Source: a virus. Taken from it: a stretch of DNA of 64,000 nucleotides. Positions within the stretch are counted from its first letter, which is position 1, and each line of letters begins with the position of its first letter. The stretch is from positions 94,392 to 158,391 of IMG/VR virus record IMGVR_UViG_3300032053_000003. One strand, given 5' to 3'. The notes beneath the pieces are model-generated. The model made no database searches, was not told the origin of the DNA, and saw only the letters and a list, made by a program, of their open reading frames with translations. This document shows positions 26,005-35,872 of the stretch, piece by piece. The translations under genes were made by a program, and so were the position numbers.

Positions 26005-26745
26005 ATGCCTGTCTTAGACTTTGACATGGGTTTGGCTGTGAAGCTGGGTGATATCTACCCTTCACCAGGGCTTACTATCGAATTCATGCCTGAGGAGCTG
26101 TTTGAAAGAAAACGTATAGTAGACAAGCTCACGAATCAAGATACCTTCTCTTTCCTTTCTTTTTGGAGAACAGGTTTTATTTTTGATATAAGTCGGTGGG
26201 ACCCTGCTACCATGTTCGAGCAGAATGAAGGGTATTACAACGATGTAAGTAAGAGCAGTGCTACACTATTCAATCTCTACCCTCTGGTCTTCGATTACAG
26301 TTTTATATTCTGGGACACGAAAAGAGAGATGCTGGACTATTATGAGACTCTCCTTTTCAAAAAGCTTTACCGTAACCCGATTACCTCAATACGTGCTTCA
26401 GATGCAGCTGGTCTTCAGATGAACTGCTACATGGACTTTGATTATAAGCTGGAGGTCACTGATGAGTATTTGTTGGAGAAGGATGAGAAAGTTCCTTACT
26501 TCAAAGGTAAATTTGGTCTAAAGCTTGAGGGTTGGCTGTATGATATTACAGATACAGGAGCCTCTGGATCTGGCTCTAGTCTGATTGAACACGTTCACAT
26601 GTTCACTTATAACGAAAACCATTTCTACATGGATGGACAGTGGATACCTGGACCTGGTGGTCCATCGGGTGCTGGTGATCTACCTGCTGGTCAACCTGAA
26701 AAAGACTTAGCAGCATTGGATCTTTTGTATGCAGATTTAAGATAA
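26005..26745 (+). CDS. hypothetical protein (246 aa), possibly tail/neck-associated
   Basis: ORF track entry. Sits immediately upstream of the tail module. Confidence 0.45.
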   Translation: MPVLDFDMGLAVKLGDIYPSPGLTIEFMPEELFERKRIVDKLTNQDTFSFLSFWRTGFIFDISRWDPATMFEQNEGYYNDVSKSSATLFNLYPLVFDYSFIFWDTKREMLDYYETLLFKKLYRNPITSIRASDAAGLQMNCYMDFDYKLEVTDEYLLEKDEKVPYFKGKFGLKLEGWLYDITDTGASGSGSSLIEHVHMFTYNENHFYMDGQWIPGPGGPSGAGDLPAGQPEKDLAALDLLYADLR

Positions 26746-26824
26746 GTGAGGTAGGGTGTAACTACTTGATGGGTTCAGTCCCTGTTTCAGTCTCTGTTTT
26801 AGTCTCTCAAACGACCTACCTCAC
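26746..26824 (+). promoter_or_regulatory. stem-loop (10-bp stems GTGAGGTAGG/CCTACCTCAC) enclosing three GTTTCAGTC-like repeats, upstream of the sheath gene
   Basis: GGGTTCAGTCCC, TGTTTCAGTCTC and TGTTTTAGTCTC at 26771-26806. Same motif as at 13500 and 40229. Confidence 0.35.
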
Positions 26825-26884
26825 AAAAGTGTAGATATCACAGGTGTAATTTTTAAACAAGAGAATAAATAAGGAGGATCAAAC

Positions 26885-28510
26885 ATGCCTATACCCCCTT
26901 CCCCCAAAGTCGTTTTTGAAGAAGTGGATATGACAAGGGAGGCTGGAACAGGAACACCTAACAACCTGCTGATTGCTGGAACATCCCCAAAGGGGACACT
27001 TGATCCTCAGGTTATATCCTCACCAGCCGATTTCGTTAACTGTTACGGAGCAGATGTTGATTCCTACTTCTACTGGGCAGGGAACATCATAACTCAGTTT
27101 GGGTCTGTTCTGGCAGTCCGTGCCGTAGGTACTGGTGCCCTCTGTGGAGGTGTCATCTTCAACCTCGACACTGGTACATCTGGAGAAGATCCTACAACGG
27201 TTCTCCCTGCTGGTGTTGCTGATCCGAGGAATGTGATCGTCACTGATCCAGATCAGGTTTTCCATGTATATGCCGAGAACCCTGGTGCCTGGTGTAACAC
27301 AGACATCAAGTTAGCTGTCCTTACCTATGAGGATTATGGCATGGTAGCCTTCAGGGTCAACAACCCTCCTATGGCTCCTGGTGAATTCCTCCTGGTAGTC
27401 TTGGATTCAGCCAACAATGTTATGGAGTACTTCAGGTGTTCACGTAGTCAGACCAGCAGAGACTCCTATGGTAGTATCTACATAGAAGATCGTGTGAATG
27501 GTAACTCCAAGTACATCTGGGTCAAAGACAACAAGGTTATATCTGGCAGTGATCCTGCTAATATTCCCATATCCACCATTACAGGCTCAGCTCTCAATCC
27601 TGTCAGTATGACTCGTGGTGCCATTGGTTCCACACCCACTTCTGGTCAGATCCTTGCAGCCTATCAGAAATGCCGTAACACAGCACTGTATGACTTTGCA
27701 GGAATCCTCTCTGTGGGCAACGTAGGCACCATGACCGATCTGGCTCTTCCTACAGGTCTGATGGCTCTTGCAGAAGAGGTGAGGACACGGCTCTTCCTTG
27801 ATAACCCATTCGATGTGGACAACATGAATGACATCATTGAGTACCGTGAACAGAACCTTAATCCGTCATCAAACCGTGTCTTGTTGTACTTCGATTGGCA
27901 GCAAGCCTATGATGCTGCTATGGACAAGTACAGGTACGTTCCACCTACGGTGTTCGTGGGTGCAGCTATTGCCTACATGGTCAACCCTACCTCAGGTGGA
28001 GGTGGTAAGCTGTGGAACTCACCTGCTGGTAATGACTTTGGCAAGATCTGGAATGCCACTGGTGCAAGGTATGATCCTACTGAAGGTGAGAGGGATACTC
28101 TGTATTCTCATCAGATCAATCCTTTGGCAACCATTTCTGGCCTGGGTAGGCTGATCTGGGGTGACAAGACCTCTCAGAAATTCAGGTCTTCCCTCTCCTA
28201 TTATGGACCTCGTACAGCATTGGATATCATTGAGACCGAGATCAAAACGGTTGGTATGTCTCTGCTGTTCAAACCCAATAACAGGTCTACAAGGGAGATG
28301 TTTGCTGCTGCTGTTAATCCTTTTATTAGGGCTATGTATACTGAAGGTGCCTTGAATAGCTACATTCCTATTGATGTGAGTGATGCTATTCAGGTTCAGC
28401 CTGAAGTGTTGAACGCAATCTTGAAGGTAGATCTGACTGAACCTGTTGAAGCTATCACAGTGCAGATTCAGATCATAAACCAGCAGACAGTGACAGTCAC
28501 TGAGCTTTAA
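26885..28510 (+). CDS. tail sheath protein
   Basis: 541 aa. The N-terminus SPKVVFEEVD resembles the conserved sheath motif (PGVYxEExD). Followed by a tube-sized gene. Strong AAGGAGGA SD. Confidence 0.6.
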   Translation: MPIPPSPKVVFEEVDMTREAGTGTPNNLLIAGTSPKGTLDPQVISSPADFVNCYGADVDSYFYWAGNIITQFGSVLAVRAVGTGALCGGVIFNLDTGTSGEDPTTVLPAGVADPRNVIVTDPDQVFHVYAENPGAWCNTDIKLAVLTYEDYGMVAFRVNNPPMAPGEFLLVVLDSANNVMEYFRCSRSQTSRDSYGSIYIEDRVNGNSKYIWVKDNKVISGSDPANIPISTITGSALNPVSMTRGAIGSTPTSGQILAAYQKCRNTALYDFAGILSVGNVGTMTDLALPTGLMALAEEVRTRLFLDNPFDVDNMNDIIEYREQNLNPSSNRVLLYFDWQQAYDAAMDKYRYVPPTVFVGAAIAYMVNPTSGGGGKLWNSPAGNDFGKIWNATGARYDPTEGERDTLYSHQINPLATISGLGRLIWGDKTSQKFRSSLSYYGPRTALDIIETEIKTVGMSLLFKPNNRSTREMFAAAVNPFIRAMYTEGALNSYIPIDVSDAIQVQPEVLNAILKVDLTEPVEAITVQIQIINQQTVTVTEL

Positions 28511-28526
28511 GGAAAGGGGGTATATT

Positions 28527-29069
28527 ATGTCAGTTAGCAACTTCTCTATAGGTGCAGCAATGTCCGTGATGGGTCCTCTTGCTCGTCAGGGTCTGTTCCT
28601 CTTTGAGATTAACAAAGTTCCAGCAGGGGGGAGTGTTGAGGATATCAGGTTCTCTGCTGAATCTGCCTCAGTCCCACAGTCCAAGAACGAGCCGATGAAT
28701 GTTCCATGGATGAACAGTGAGTACAAGATTCCAGGGATTACCAAGTATGAGAATATCTCCGTTGCCCTCAGGGTATCTGAACAGAACAACATGAGGATCT
28801 ATAATACCATTTATAACTGGTATAAGATGATCTACAATCCTGCTACAGGTGTCCAGGAGGTTCCCAAGACAACAATGGTAGACGGTACCATCTCTCTCCT
28901 GAATTACCAGGGTAACATGGTGAAGAGGTGGGATGTGGCTCATATGTTCCCAACCAACTGTGGAGGTACTCCTCTTTCCAGGGATGCAGCCAATGACAAA
29001 CAGATAATGACTATTGAATTTGCCTACACCTATGCCACTTTGGGTGATGTTGGTAATCTTACGTTTTAA
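28527..29069 (+). CDS. tail tube protein
   Basis: 180 aa, immediately downstream of the sheath gene. Confidence 0.55.
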   Translation: MSVSNFSIGAAMSVMGPLARQGLFLFEINKVPAGGSVEDIRFSAESASVPQSKNEPMNVPWMNSEYKIPGITKYENISVALRVSEQNNMRIYNTIYNWYKMIYNPATGVQEVPKTTMVDGTISLLNYQGNMVKRWDVAHMFPTNCGGTPLSRDAANDKQIMTIEFAYTYATLGDVGNLTF

Positions 29070-29143
29070 AAAGATGTCTAAGAACTGATCTCCCCACAAT
29101 CCAGTGGGGAGATACTATAAATAAGATAGAGGAGATAAATCTT

Positions 29144-29947
29144 ATGGACGTAACCCAACTCTTAAACAATGCAGCACTGGAATTTGTTGATTTTGATTTA
29201 CCCAGCAAAGGCAAGGTTTACCCATCTGGGATCTTTTCTATAAAGATCCGTCCTACCAAGACAGTCGAAGAGAAGTTCCTTAGGACTATTGCAAGAGGGT
29301 CCTCCGATTTCAATGAAAAGATTAGTAAGTACATCGGTCTTATCACTAATCTTTCTGAAATTGGCCTTGATCCTATTGAGCTTACAGTCCCCGATCAGCT
29401 CGCTCTCCTGATCTACTCTCGAATCCTTTCCAAAGACACGATTATCTACCCTACCGAAATTGCGTGTCCAGGCTGTGGTAGGAGTTCTCGGAAGAACATC
29501 AATCTCATGGAACTCAAGATGAAATTTCTTCCTGATGACTATGTAGAGCCTCAGGAGATCTGTTTGCCTCTTCATGATCTTTACCTTGGCCTGAGACTGG
29601 TCAAGATCAAGGATCACATGAACGTGGCTGACTGGCATCGTACCATGAGGAGTGTGAACAGGGATCTGGGAGACCCTGAGACTGACTTTGAAGGTCTGTA
29701 TGCCAGTGTCATAACTTCTGTCAAGAAGGGTAATGAGTCTATCCCTCTGAGCTATTCTGACAGGAGAGACTTGCTTACCAATCTGGATGCAAGATCCTTT
29801 AACCTTATTGGAGAGTACCAGGATAAATACTACCATGGTTATGATCTGAAGGTAGATTTTGAGTGTCCTAACTGCCTGGATAAGAACAAGGTTGAGTTTG
29901 ATCTTGGTGCAGATTTTTTCTTCAAGGTGACCTCGACAGCTGCATAA
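29144..29947 (+). CDS. putative tail assembly chaperone (gpG/E-position protein) with CxxC motifs
   Basis: Sits between the tube and tape-measure genes. CPGCG…CPNC motifs. Confidence 0.3.
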   Translation: MDVTQLLNNAALEFVDFDLPSKGKVYPSGIFSIKIRPTKTVEEKFLRTIARGSSDFNEKISKYIGLITNLSEIGLDPIELTVPDQLALLIYSRILSKDTIIYPTEIACPGCGRSSRKNINLMELKMKFLPDDYVEPQEICLPLHDLYLGLRLVKIKDHMNVADWHRTMRSVNRDLGDPETDFEGLYASVITSVKKGNESIPLSYSDRRDLLTNLDARSFNLIGEYQDKYYHGYDLKVDFECPNCLDKNKVEFDLGADFFFKVTSTAA

Positions 29948-30119
29948 GAGCCTACAAAGGTATTCTGGAAGAGCAGTTGGTGCTGTCCATGTTCGGGCAC
30001 ATATCGTGGGAAACCATTGAGAACATGACTACGTGGGAGAGAGAATTTTTACTGGAAAAGGCTATGGACTGGGTGGAGATAACTTCGGGTAATAAGAAGA
30101 AGTCAGAGGAACAGATGTA

Positions 30120-32576
30120 ATGGCAAACGAGGATACCAGAAAAGCCGATAAGATTACTGAGATGTTGGCTAAGCTCCCCAAGACTATGGAGACCTCCATA
30201 GCTAGGGGGTTTGAACTCGTTCTCAGTCATCTTAAAGGTGAATCTGTTAAGATCAACACCGAGACCAAGGGTTTTTTCAAAGATAGTAAAAATGATAGGG
30301 ACAAAGAAACTGCTGTTAAGAATCGTGACAGAGCTTCTGAGATGAGAAAGGCCATGGAAGCTGGTTTAAAAATCAACAATGGCTTTTCCAAAGGTATGGA
30401 GGGCATGAAGCAAAAGCTCTACATGCATTTGTCTAAGGCAGAATTAAGGACAAAGACATTCCTTGAGAAGATGGGTGAGCTTGGTCAGAAGATCAAAGAT
30501 TACTTTAAGAATGCCAAGCAAGAGTTTGTGAAGATGGGGTGGGGCACTTTTACAGGTATAGTTAAAACCTTCACAGGACCTTTCTATGGTTTGATCTCCA
30601 AGACCAGTGGGGTCATAGGTGGATCTCTTGTTAAGTTGGGTTCCAATATGATCAACAAAATGGGGTACAAATCACTAGATAAGTTATTGGGCAAGTTTGA
30701 AGGTATTAAGAGTTTCCTTAACCCTAAAGAAAAAGAGATGACCATGGAGGAGAAGCTTCTTGCTTTTGCAGAAGAGTTTAGGACTCTTCTTTCTAATATA
30801 CTTGATGCTCAGATAGATAATACTACTAAGATAGTAGCCAGCTTACGTGAGTTACCAGGTAAGTTATGTTCCAGACTTGGTACGGTTAATATGGTGGAGA
30901 GTCCTATTTCTGCTCCTGCTGGTGCAGCTGGTGCTGGTGCTGGTGCAGGTATGCTGGGTGGTTTTTTTGGTAAGGGTGGTAGTCAAGGTCCTGATCCTGT
31001 TACTATTGAGTATTATGAGTTCTTTAAGGAGAAGGTTACAAATATTGATGAGTATCTTGAGCAGATCTGGGAGAAGTTTAAAGGAGAATCTCCTGGAGGT
31101 GGAGGTGGAGGAGGTCTTGTTGACAACCTCATGGGTAAAGGTGGACTCATGGGCAAGCTTAAACAGTTTGCCTTTGGCAAATGGGGAGCAGGTGCAGCTA
31201 TTGGTGCTGGTGTTTTAGCTGGTGGTTACTCTGGCTATAAGGCTTATGGTGAGGGTAGAGAGAAGGGGATGTCCAAGGGTGAGGCTGGAGCCAATGCTGT
31301 AGCTCGTGGAATGATTACAGGGTCATTCACTGCCATAGGAACTATGTTCGGTGGAGCTGCTGGTGGAGCAGCCATGGGATACCTTGGAGACAAGGTAGGT
31401 GCTATATCCAATAAGATAGGTGAGAAGTTGGGCACTGGTCTTTTTGATGCCAAGGAGCTTGTAGGAAAGAAGTTTGGTGAGTTTGGTGATAAGATCAGCA
31501 GTATGAGTACTGCTGTTGGTGATAAGTTTAGTGAGATGGGGACTGCTGTAGGTACTAAGTTCTCCGATATGAAGGACTCTGTGATGGGTACCTTCAGTAG
31601 GGTAGGAGAAGGTTTCAAAGACTCTAAGGATTACCTGAAAGAAAAGCTGGACTCCTTCTTGCCCTCTGGTCAAGATATTATGGGGGTCCTGAAGGGTATT
31701 TTAGGTGGTCTGATGGCAGCAGGTACAGCTGTCACTGCTTTTGTAGTGAACACAGCCACGAAAGCAAAAGAGACCCTGGCTAATGCTGGTAAGACTGCTG
31801 GTGACCTGGCTAGTAAGGGAGCAGCTGCTGTTTCAGGTGCTCTTAAGCTTGGAGGGAATAAATGGAAGGCTGAAACCAAGGGGATGAATCCTGAGGTAAT
31901 GAAAGCCCTCCAAGCAGCAGCAGTTGATTATAAGAAGCAAACAGGTAAAACCCTTACCATGACTGAGGGTGTTAGGACAAAGGAGCAACAGGCTCAGCTC
32001 AGAGGGAATAATAAGTATCCTACTGCCAAGCCTGGGATGTCTATGCATCAGTTTGGTTATGCAGCAGATGTAAATGCTGAACAGGCTAATGAGATGGCTA
32101 GGCTGGGCATTCTGAAAAAGCATGGATTAACACAGCCTGTTGCTGGAGACCCTGTACACTTGGAACTGGCAAAGTTGGCTAATGCAGAGAAGAGATCAGA
32201 GATAAGAAGAACTGTAGCTCAAGTAGATAACACTCCTAAGGTTAAAGCAGCAGCAACTGGTGGTCTGGTGAATATACCTGGCAGGGTGGATGTACATGCA
32301 GCTGAGATAATATCTCCTATCGGTAAATTCCAGGATATGCTTTCTAAGACTGCTGCAACTGCTGCACAACCAGCAATGATGGCTTCATCTGCTTTGGATG
32401 GGAAAGCTGTTGAATATCTTTCTGCAATATCCTCTGGCATCACTCAGCTCATCTCTACCAAGTCAAAAGAACCTGCACCACAGTTCAACAATTCATCCAT
32501 TCCAGATTTCCCAGGAGATCCTGGAATCATCTTCGGTGGCAACTACTTCCCTCAGAAGGGGAAACAGTGGGGTTAA
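30120..32576 (+). CDS. tail tape measure protein with a C-terminal M15-family peptidoglycan peptidase domain
   Basis: 818 aa. Gly-rich and repeated (GDKFSEMGTAVGTKFSDMKD) segments. C-terminal …SMHQFGYAADV…DPVHLE… (H-x6-D…H zinc site of VanY/L-Ala-D-Glu peptidases). Confidence 0.65.
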   Translation: MANEDTRKADKITEMLAKLPKTMETSIARGFELVLSHLKGESVKINTETKGFFKDSKNDRDKETAVKNRDRASEMRKAMEAGLKINNGFSKGMEGMKQKLYMHLSKAELRTKTFLEKMGELGQKIKDYFKNAKQEFVKMGWGTFTGIVKTFTGPFYGLISKTSGVIGGSLVKLGSNMINKMGYKSLDKLLGKFEGIKSFLNPKEKEMTMEEKLLAFAEEFRTLLSNILDAQIDNTTKIVASLRELPGKLCSRLGTVNMVESPISAPAGAAGAGAGAGMLGGFFGKGGSQGPDPVTIEYYEFFKEKVTNIDEYLEQIWEKFKGESPGGGGGGGLVDNLMGKGGLMGKLKQFAFGKWGAGAAIGAGVLAGGYSGYKAYGEGREKGMSKGEAGANAVARGMITGSFTAIGTMFGGAAGGAAMGYLGDKVGAISNKIGEKLGTGLFDAKELVGKKFGEFGDKISSMSTAVGDKFSEMGTAVGTKFSDMKDSVMGTFSRVGEGFKDSKDYLKEKLDSFLPSGQDIMGVLKGILGGLMAAGTAVTAFVVNTATKAKETLANAGKTAGDLASKGAAAVSGALKLGGNKWKAETKGMNPEVMKALQAAAVDYKKQTGKTLTMTEGVRTKEQQAQLRGNNKYPTAKPGMSMHQFGYAADVNAEQANEMARLGILKKHGLTQPVAGDPVHLELAKLANAEKRSEIRRTVAQVDNTPKVKAAATGGLVNIPGRVDVHAAEIISPIGKFQDMLSKTAATAAQPAMMASSALDGKAVEYLSAISSGITQLISTKSKEPAPQFNNSSIPDFPGDPGIIFGGNYFPQKGKQWG

Positions 32577-32579
32577 GCC

Positions 32580-33308
32580 ATGGCTTCAGGCTCAGATAAA
32601 CCTACAATTGCAACAAAGACAAATACACCTCCTTCTACGAAAGGTGTTACGGGTCCATCTAAATATTTGGATCAATCACGAACCTTGGTGACAATATCAA
32701 CAGTCCCTCCTACTGAGGGGGCTAGTTATACTAGAATATCTGTTCAAGGGATTATCCCTCCTGAGTATGGATTTTCCATAAAGAATGAATTTCAGCCGTT
32801 ACTTACAGCCAACCAAGCTATAAATGATTTTCAGAAAGCAGGTAATGCTATTAACCAATTGATAGGTGACACAGGTTTGTCAGTAGTACCCTACTCTCCT
32901 ATGATCTGGATGGGTGCCCAGGCTCTTGTTATAACTGAGCTGGTACTTCATTTCGTGTGCTATGATAATGCACACAATGATGTTCATAAACCTTTAATGG
33001 ATCTCCTTGCTATGAGTCTCCCTCAAGGTAATGGGGGGTCTCTTGCAGGTGTTGTAGGAGGCATGCTGCTTGCCCCTCCATCAGTGGAGATAAAAATAGG
33101 TGATGTGATAGCTTGGAGTCCTTGTTTTTTAGATCAAGTGGTAGTGACAGAAAAAGCCCCCTATACTAAGGAAGGGTATGGCATGACTGGTGAGGCAAAG
33201 ATTAGCATCATCCGTAGAGATTATGTCTTTTCTGATGATTTTAGATCTAACTCTAAGTCAACAACAGTACAACCAGGTAGAGAAGTGACCTCTACTCCAA
33301 AAAAATGA
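32580..33308 (+). CDS. tail protein (gpU-position)
   Basis: Immediately after the tape measure gene. Confidence 0.4.
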   Translation: MASGSDKPTIATKTNTPPSTKGVTGPSKYLDQSRTLVTISTVPPTEGASYTRISVQGIIPPEYGFSIKNEFQPLLTANQAINDFQKAGNAINQLIGDTGLSVVPYSPMIWMGAQALVITELVLHFVCYDNAHNDVHKPLMDLLAMSLPQGNGGSLAGVVGGMLLAPPSVEIKIGDVIAWSPCFLDQVVVTEKAPYTKEGYGMTGEAKISIIRRDYVFSDDFRSNSKSTTVQPGREVTSTPKK

Positions 33309-33643
33309 AAGTATCTGACATATTAACTGACCTTATCACCTCCTCTTGGTTAAGCTTCATGGATGTCGTTCTTGATCCTGAGTATGGATACCTCCTGTCC
33401 TTTAACCCTAGAGACTTTGGTATGATCAGGAACTCTGAAGACAGTGCCTGTATAACCATTGTTGGAGACTCACTCCCTCTTATTACCTTTGCCAGGTATG
33501 AGACTGTCAACTATGCACCTCTTATATTCCTTTTGAATGATACGATAGAGCATCCCCTCTACCTTCCTCCTAATATTGAAATATGGCTTCCACACCCCAC
33601 TAAAATATATAACCTGTTAAGGGATCTGAACATCTCTCAATAA
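33305..33643 (+). CDS. small tail/baseplate protein
   Basis: ATGA overlap with the previous gene. Synteny. Confidence 0.4.
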   Translation: MKVSDILTDLITSSWLSFMDVVLDPEYGYLLSFNPRDFGMIRNSEDSACITIVGDSLPLITFARYETVNYAPLIFLLNDTIEHPLYLPPNIEIWLPHPTKIYNLLRDLNISQ

Positions 33644-33644
33644 T

Positions 33645-34775
33645 ATGCAGTCAATCAATAAACAGCTATTCCTTAACGTAACTATTGATGGTCCAGATAA
33701 GAGGCACCTGGATGTTGATTCTCATGGTATTGGGTCTATCTGGATCATAGAGGATGTCTCCCAGTTGGTTCCTGTATGCACTCTTGTGTATTCGGAGACT
33801 TACTCTGAGTTTAGTGAGCTGTTTCCTCTTCTGGGTAATGAAACAATGACTGTGGATCTTGGTCTGAGTAAGGATAAGTATCGTATTTTTAAATTTGCTT
33901 ATTCCTCCTATGAGACAAGATCCATAGGTGCTCTCTTGGTTCGTAACAAGGAGATAGTGACAAACTGGATAGACTCCGATTTTACAAAATTACGTGAATA
34001 TCCTAAGGTAATGCATTATACACAGACAGCAGTTTCAGACATTGTGAAGACTATTACTGCTGGGTTACCTATAGAGATTGATAGCTCCAAAGGCTCTAAT
34101 GATTACTTCATAAACAATAATGTCCTTGGAGAGACTCTGAAGGATCTTGCTCAAGAGGCTATCAGTGCTGATGGTTCTACTTTTATGTTTTTCAAGAATA
34201 ACTGCAAGTATAAGTTTAAAACTCGTAACTCTCTTATGAGACAGAATACAAAAGCTTCCTTCATCCATGGTTATGACCTTACACAATTCAGTATCTTTGG
34301 TAATGACAGGTCTTTGTGGACAAATCCTGAATCAAATATTATAGGCTACTCATATGAGAAGGGTGAGAACTTTACTGTTGATAAGCCAGTAGCAACTGTG
34401 AAAAAGGGTAAGGCATCCTTTGGTAAGAGTGTTCCTTTTGGTCAAGGAACAGATATTACTGCCAGAACCCAGTATGAGGGTACTAGGCATCTCCATAAAG
34501 CTGAAGCTTTGGCTACAGGGGCTACTGAAGGGTTTATGGATTCAGCATTGAGGATGACATTTGTAGCTCTTGGTCAACCATTCGTATCCTGTGGGGATGT
34601 TGTAGAGGTATCAGTTGCTCCCAGTTTAAAGCAGTTAGGTAAGCAGAATATGATGATATCTGGGAAATGGTTTGTAGAGAAGATAGTCCATCATGTAGCC
34701 AAATTCAATTACATGATTAAGATATTCTGTTCCAAAGCTAATACTGATTTTAGCAGAAGGAAGGCTGTCCTGTGA
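33645..34775 (+). CDS. baseplate hub protein (P2 gpD / Mu gp44 / T4 gp27-like)
   Basis: 376 aa. Directly upstream of the spike gene. Confidence 0.45.
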   Translation: MQSINKQLFLNVTIDGPDKRHLDVDSHGIGSIWIIEDVSQLVPVCTLVYSETYSEFSELFPLLGNETMTVDLGLSKDKYRIFKFAYSSYETRSIGALLVRNKEIVTNWIDSDFTKLREYPKVMHYTQTAVSDIVKTITAGLPIEIDSSKGSNDYFINNNVLGETLKDLAQEAISADGSTFMFFKNNCKYKFKTRNSLMRQNTKASFIHGYDLTQFSIFGNDRSLWTNPESNIIGYSYEKGENFTVDKPVATVKKGKASFGKSVPFGQGTDITARTQYEGTRHLHKAEALATGATEGFMDSALRMTFVALGQPFVSCGDVVEVSVAPSLKQLGKQNMMISGKWFVEKIVHHVAKFNYMIKIFCSKANTDFSRRKAVL

Positions 34776-35869
34776 GTGGTGTTGATACTTCTCAAAATAA
34801 GATAACAGGCAACTGGAGAGCTATTGTAAGAGACAATCTCGATCCTTATAAGTCAGGAAGGGTTAAGATCGACATTATCCCTCTGGGCTTGAAGAATATG
34901 TGGGCTGAACCTGCTTGTCAGGTTGGTGGATCAGATGTCCACGGAAGCTATATAATTCCCAGAGTAGGGGATAAGGTCTTTGTTTTCTTTGATGGGAATA
35001 ACATAAATCACCCTATTTATTTTGCTACATCACCTTCTCAGAAGGATATACCTAAGGCATTTTCAGGAGAGGTAGATCCTGTAATAAAGACCAGGAATAG
35101 TAGTGTTATGGTCACCCCAAAATTTTCTGAACCTACTACTAATGCTTCTGTTGAATATCCTTATGGTCAGGGGGTAAAGTTTCCTGGAGGTGTTCTTCTT
35201 ATTGTAGATGAGTCCAGTGGTAAATCCAAAGTTGCTATGTACCATCCCATAGGATCTTATGAGGAGTTTGCTGGTGATGGTACTCATGTAGTTAGGGTTG
35301 CCAAGGATGATTATGAAATAATAATTGGGAAGAAGTTTATGTATGTTGGTGGTTCCATGACAGATATGATCATGGGGAATGTGGATACTACTGTCATGGG
35401 TAATGTTACTGAGAATATTGTTGGTTCCATGACAGATATGATTATGGGGAATGTGGATACTACTGTCATGGGTAATGTTACTGAGAATATTGTTGGTAAT
35501 CAGAGTACAACAGTTGTAGGGGCTTTGAATATCTTAGCAGCTACTTACTCAATAGCCAGTGCTTTTGGATACCAGAAATCTGACAAGACTAAATCTATCA
35601 CAGTAATGACTACTCCTGTGGAAACTACCTCTCTAGTAAGCTTGTCATTTATGGCTCCTATTATAACTTTTACAGCAGATATTTTTACTTTCGTAGCACG
35701 AGAAGTATTAAACTTTGTAGCTCCTATTGTAAATATAACAGGTGACTTAGTAACCATAGGATCTGGACCTGTTAAAGCCCAAGCCCCTATCCTTACTGCT
35801 TTAACTGCTTTTTGTCCTTGGTGTGGTGGAAAGGTAGGTCCTGGTCTACCTACGGTTACCGCAGGATAG
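34772..35869 (+). CDS. baseplate spike protein (gpV/gp5/VgrG-like OB-fold plus beta-helix)
   Basis: N-terminus …WRAIVRDNLDPYKSGRVKIDIIPLG…GDKVFVFFDGNNINHPIYF is typical of Phage_base_V. The C-terminus carries a perfect 24-aa tandem repeat. Confidence 0.65.
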   Translation: MSGVDTSQNKITGNWRAIVRDNLDPYKSGRVKIDIIPLGLKNMWAEPACQVGGSDVHGSYIIPRVGDKVFVFFDGNNINHPIYFATSPSQKDIPKAFSGEVDPVIKTRNSSVMVTPKFSEPTTNASVEYPYGQGVKFPGGVLLIVDESSGKSKVAMYHPIGSYEEFAGDGTHVVRVAKDDYEIIIGKKFMYVGGSMTDMIMGNVDTTVMGNVTENIVGSMTDMIMGNVDTTVMGNVTENIVGNQSTTVVGALNILAATYSIASAFGYQKSDKTKSITVMTTPVETTSLVSLSFMAPIITFTADIFTFVAREVLNFVAPIVNITGDLVTIGSGPVKAQAPILTALTAFCPWCGGKVGPGLPTVTAG

Positions 35870-35872
35870 TAT

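Noticed and set aside
30847-31218. ORF within the tape measure gene (and similar ones at 27828, 28161, 43123, 46661, 48737, 55642, 58650, 59206, 59802)
   Set aside because: Same reasoning: internal off-frame ORFs of giant genes with no initiation signals.
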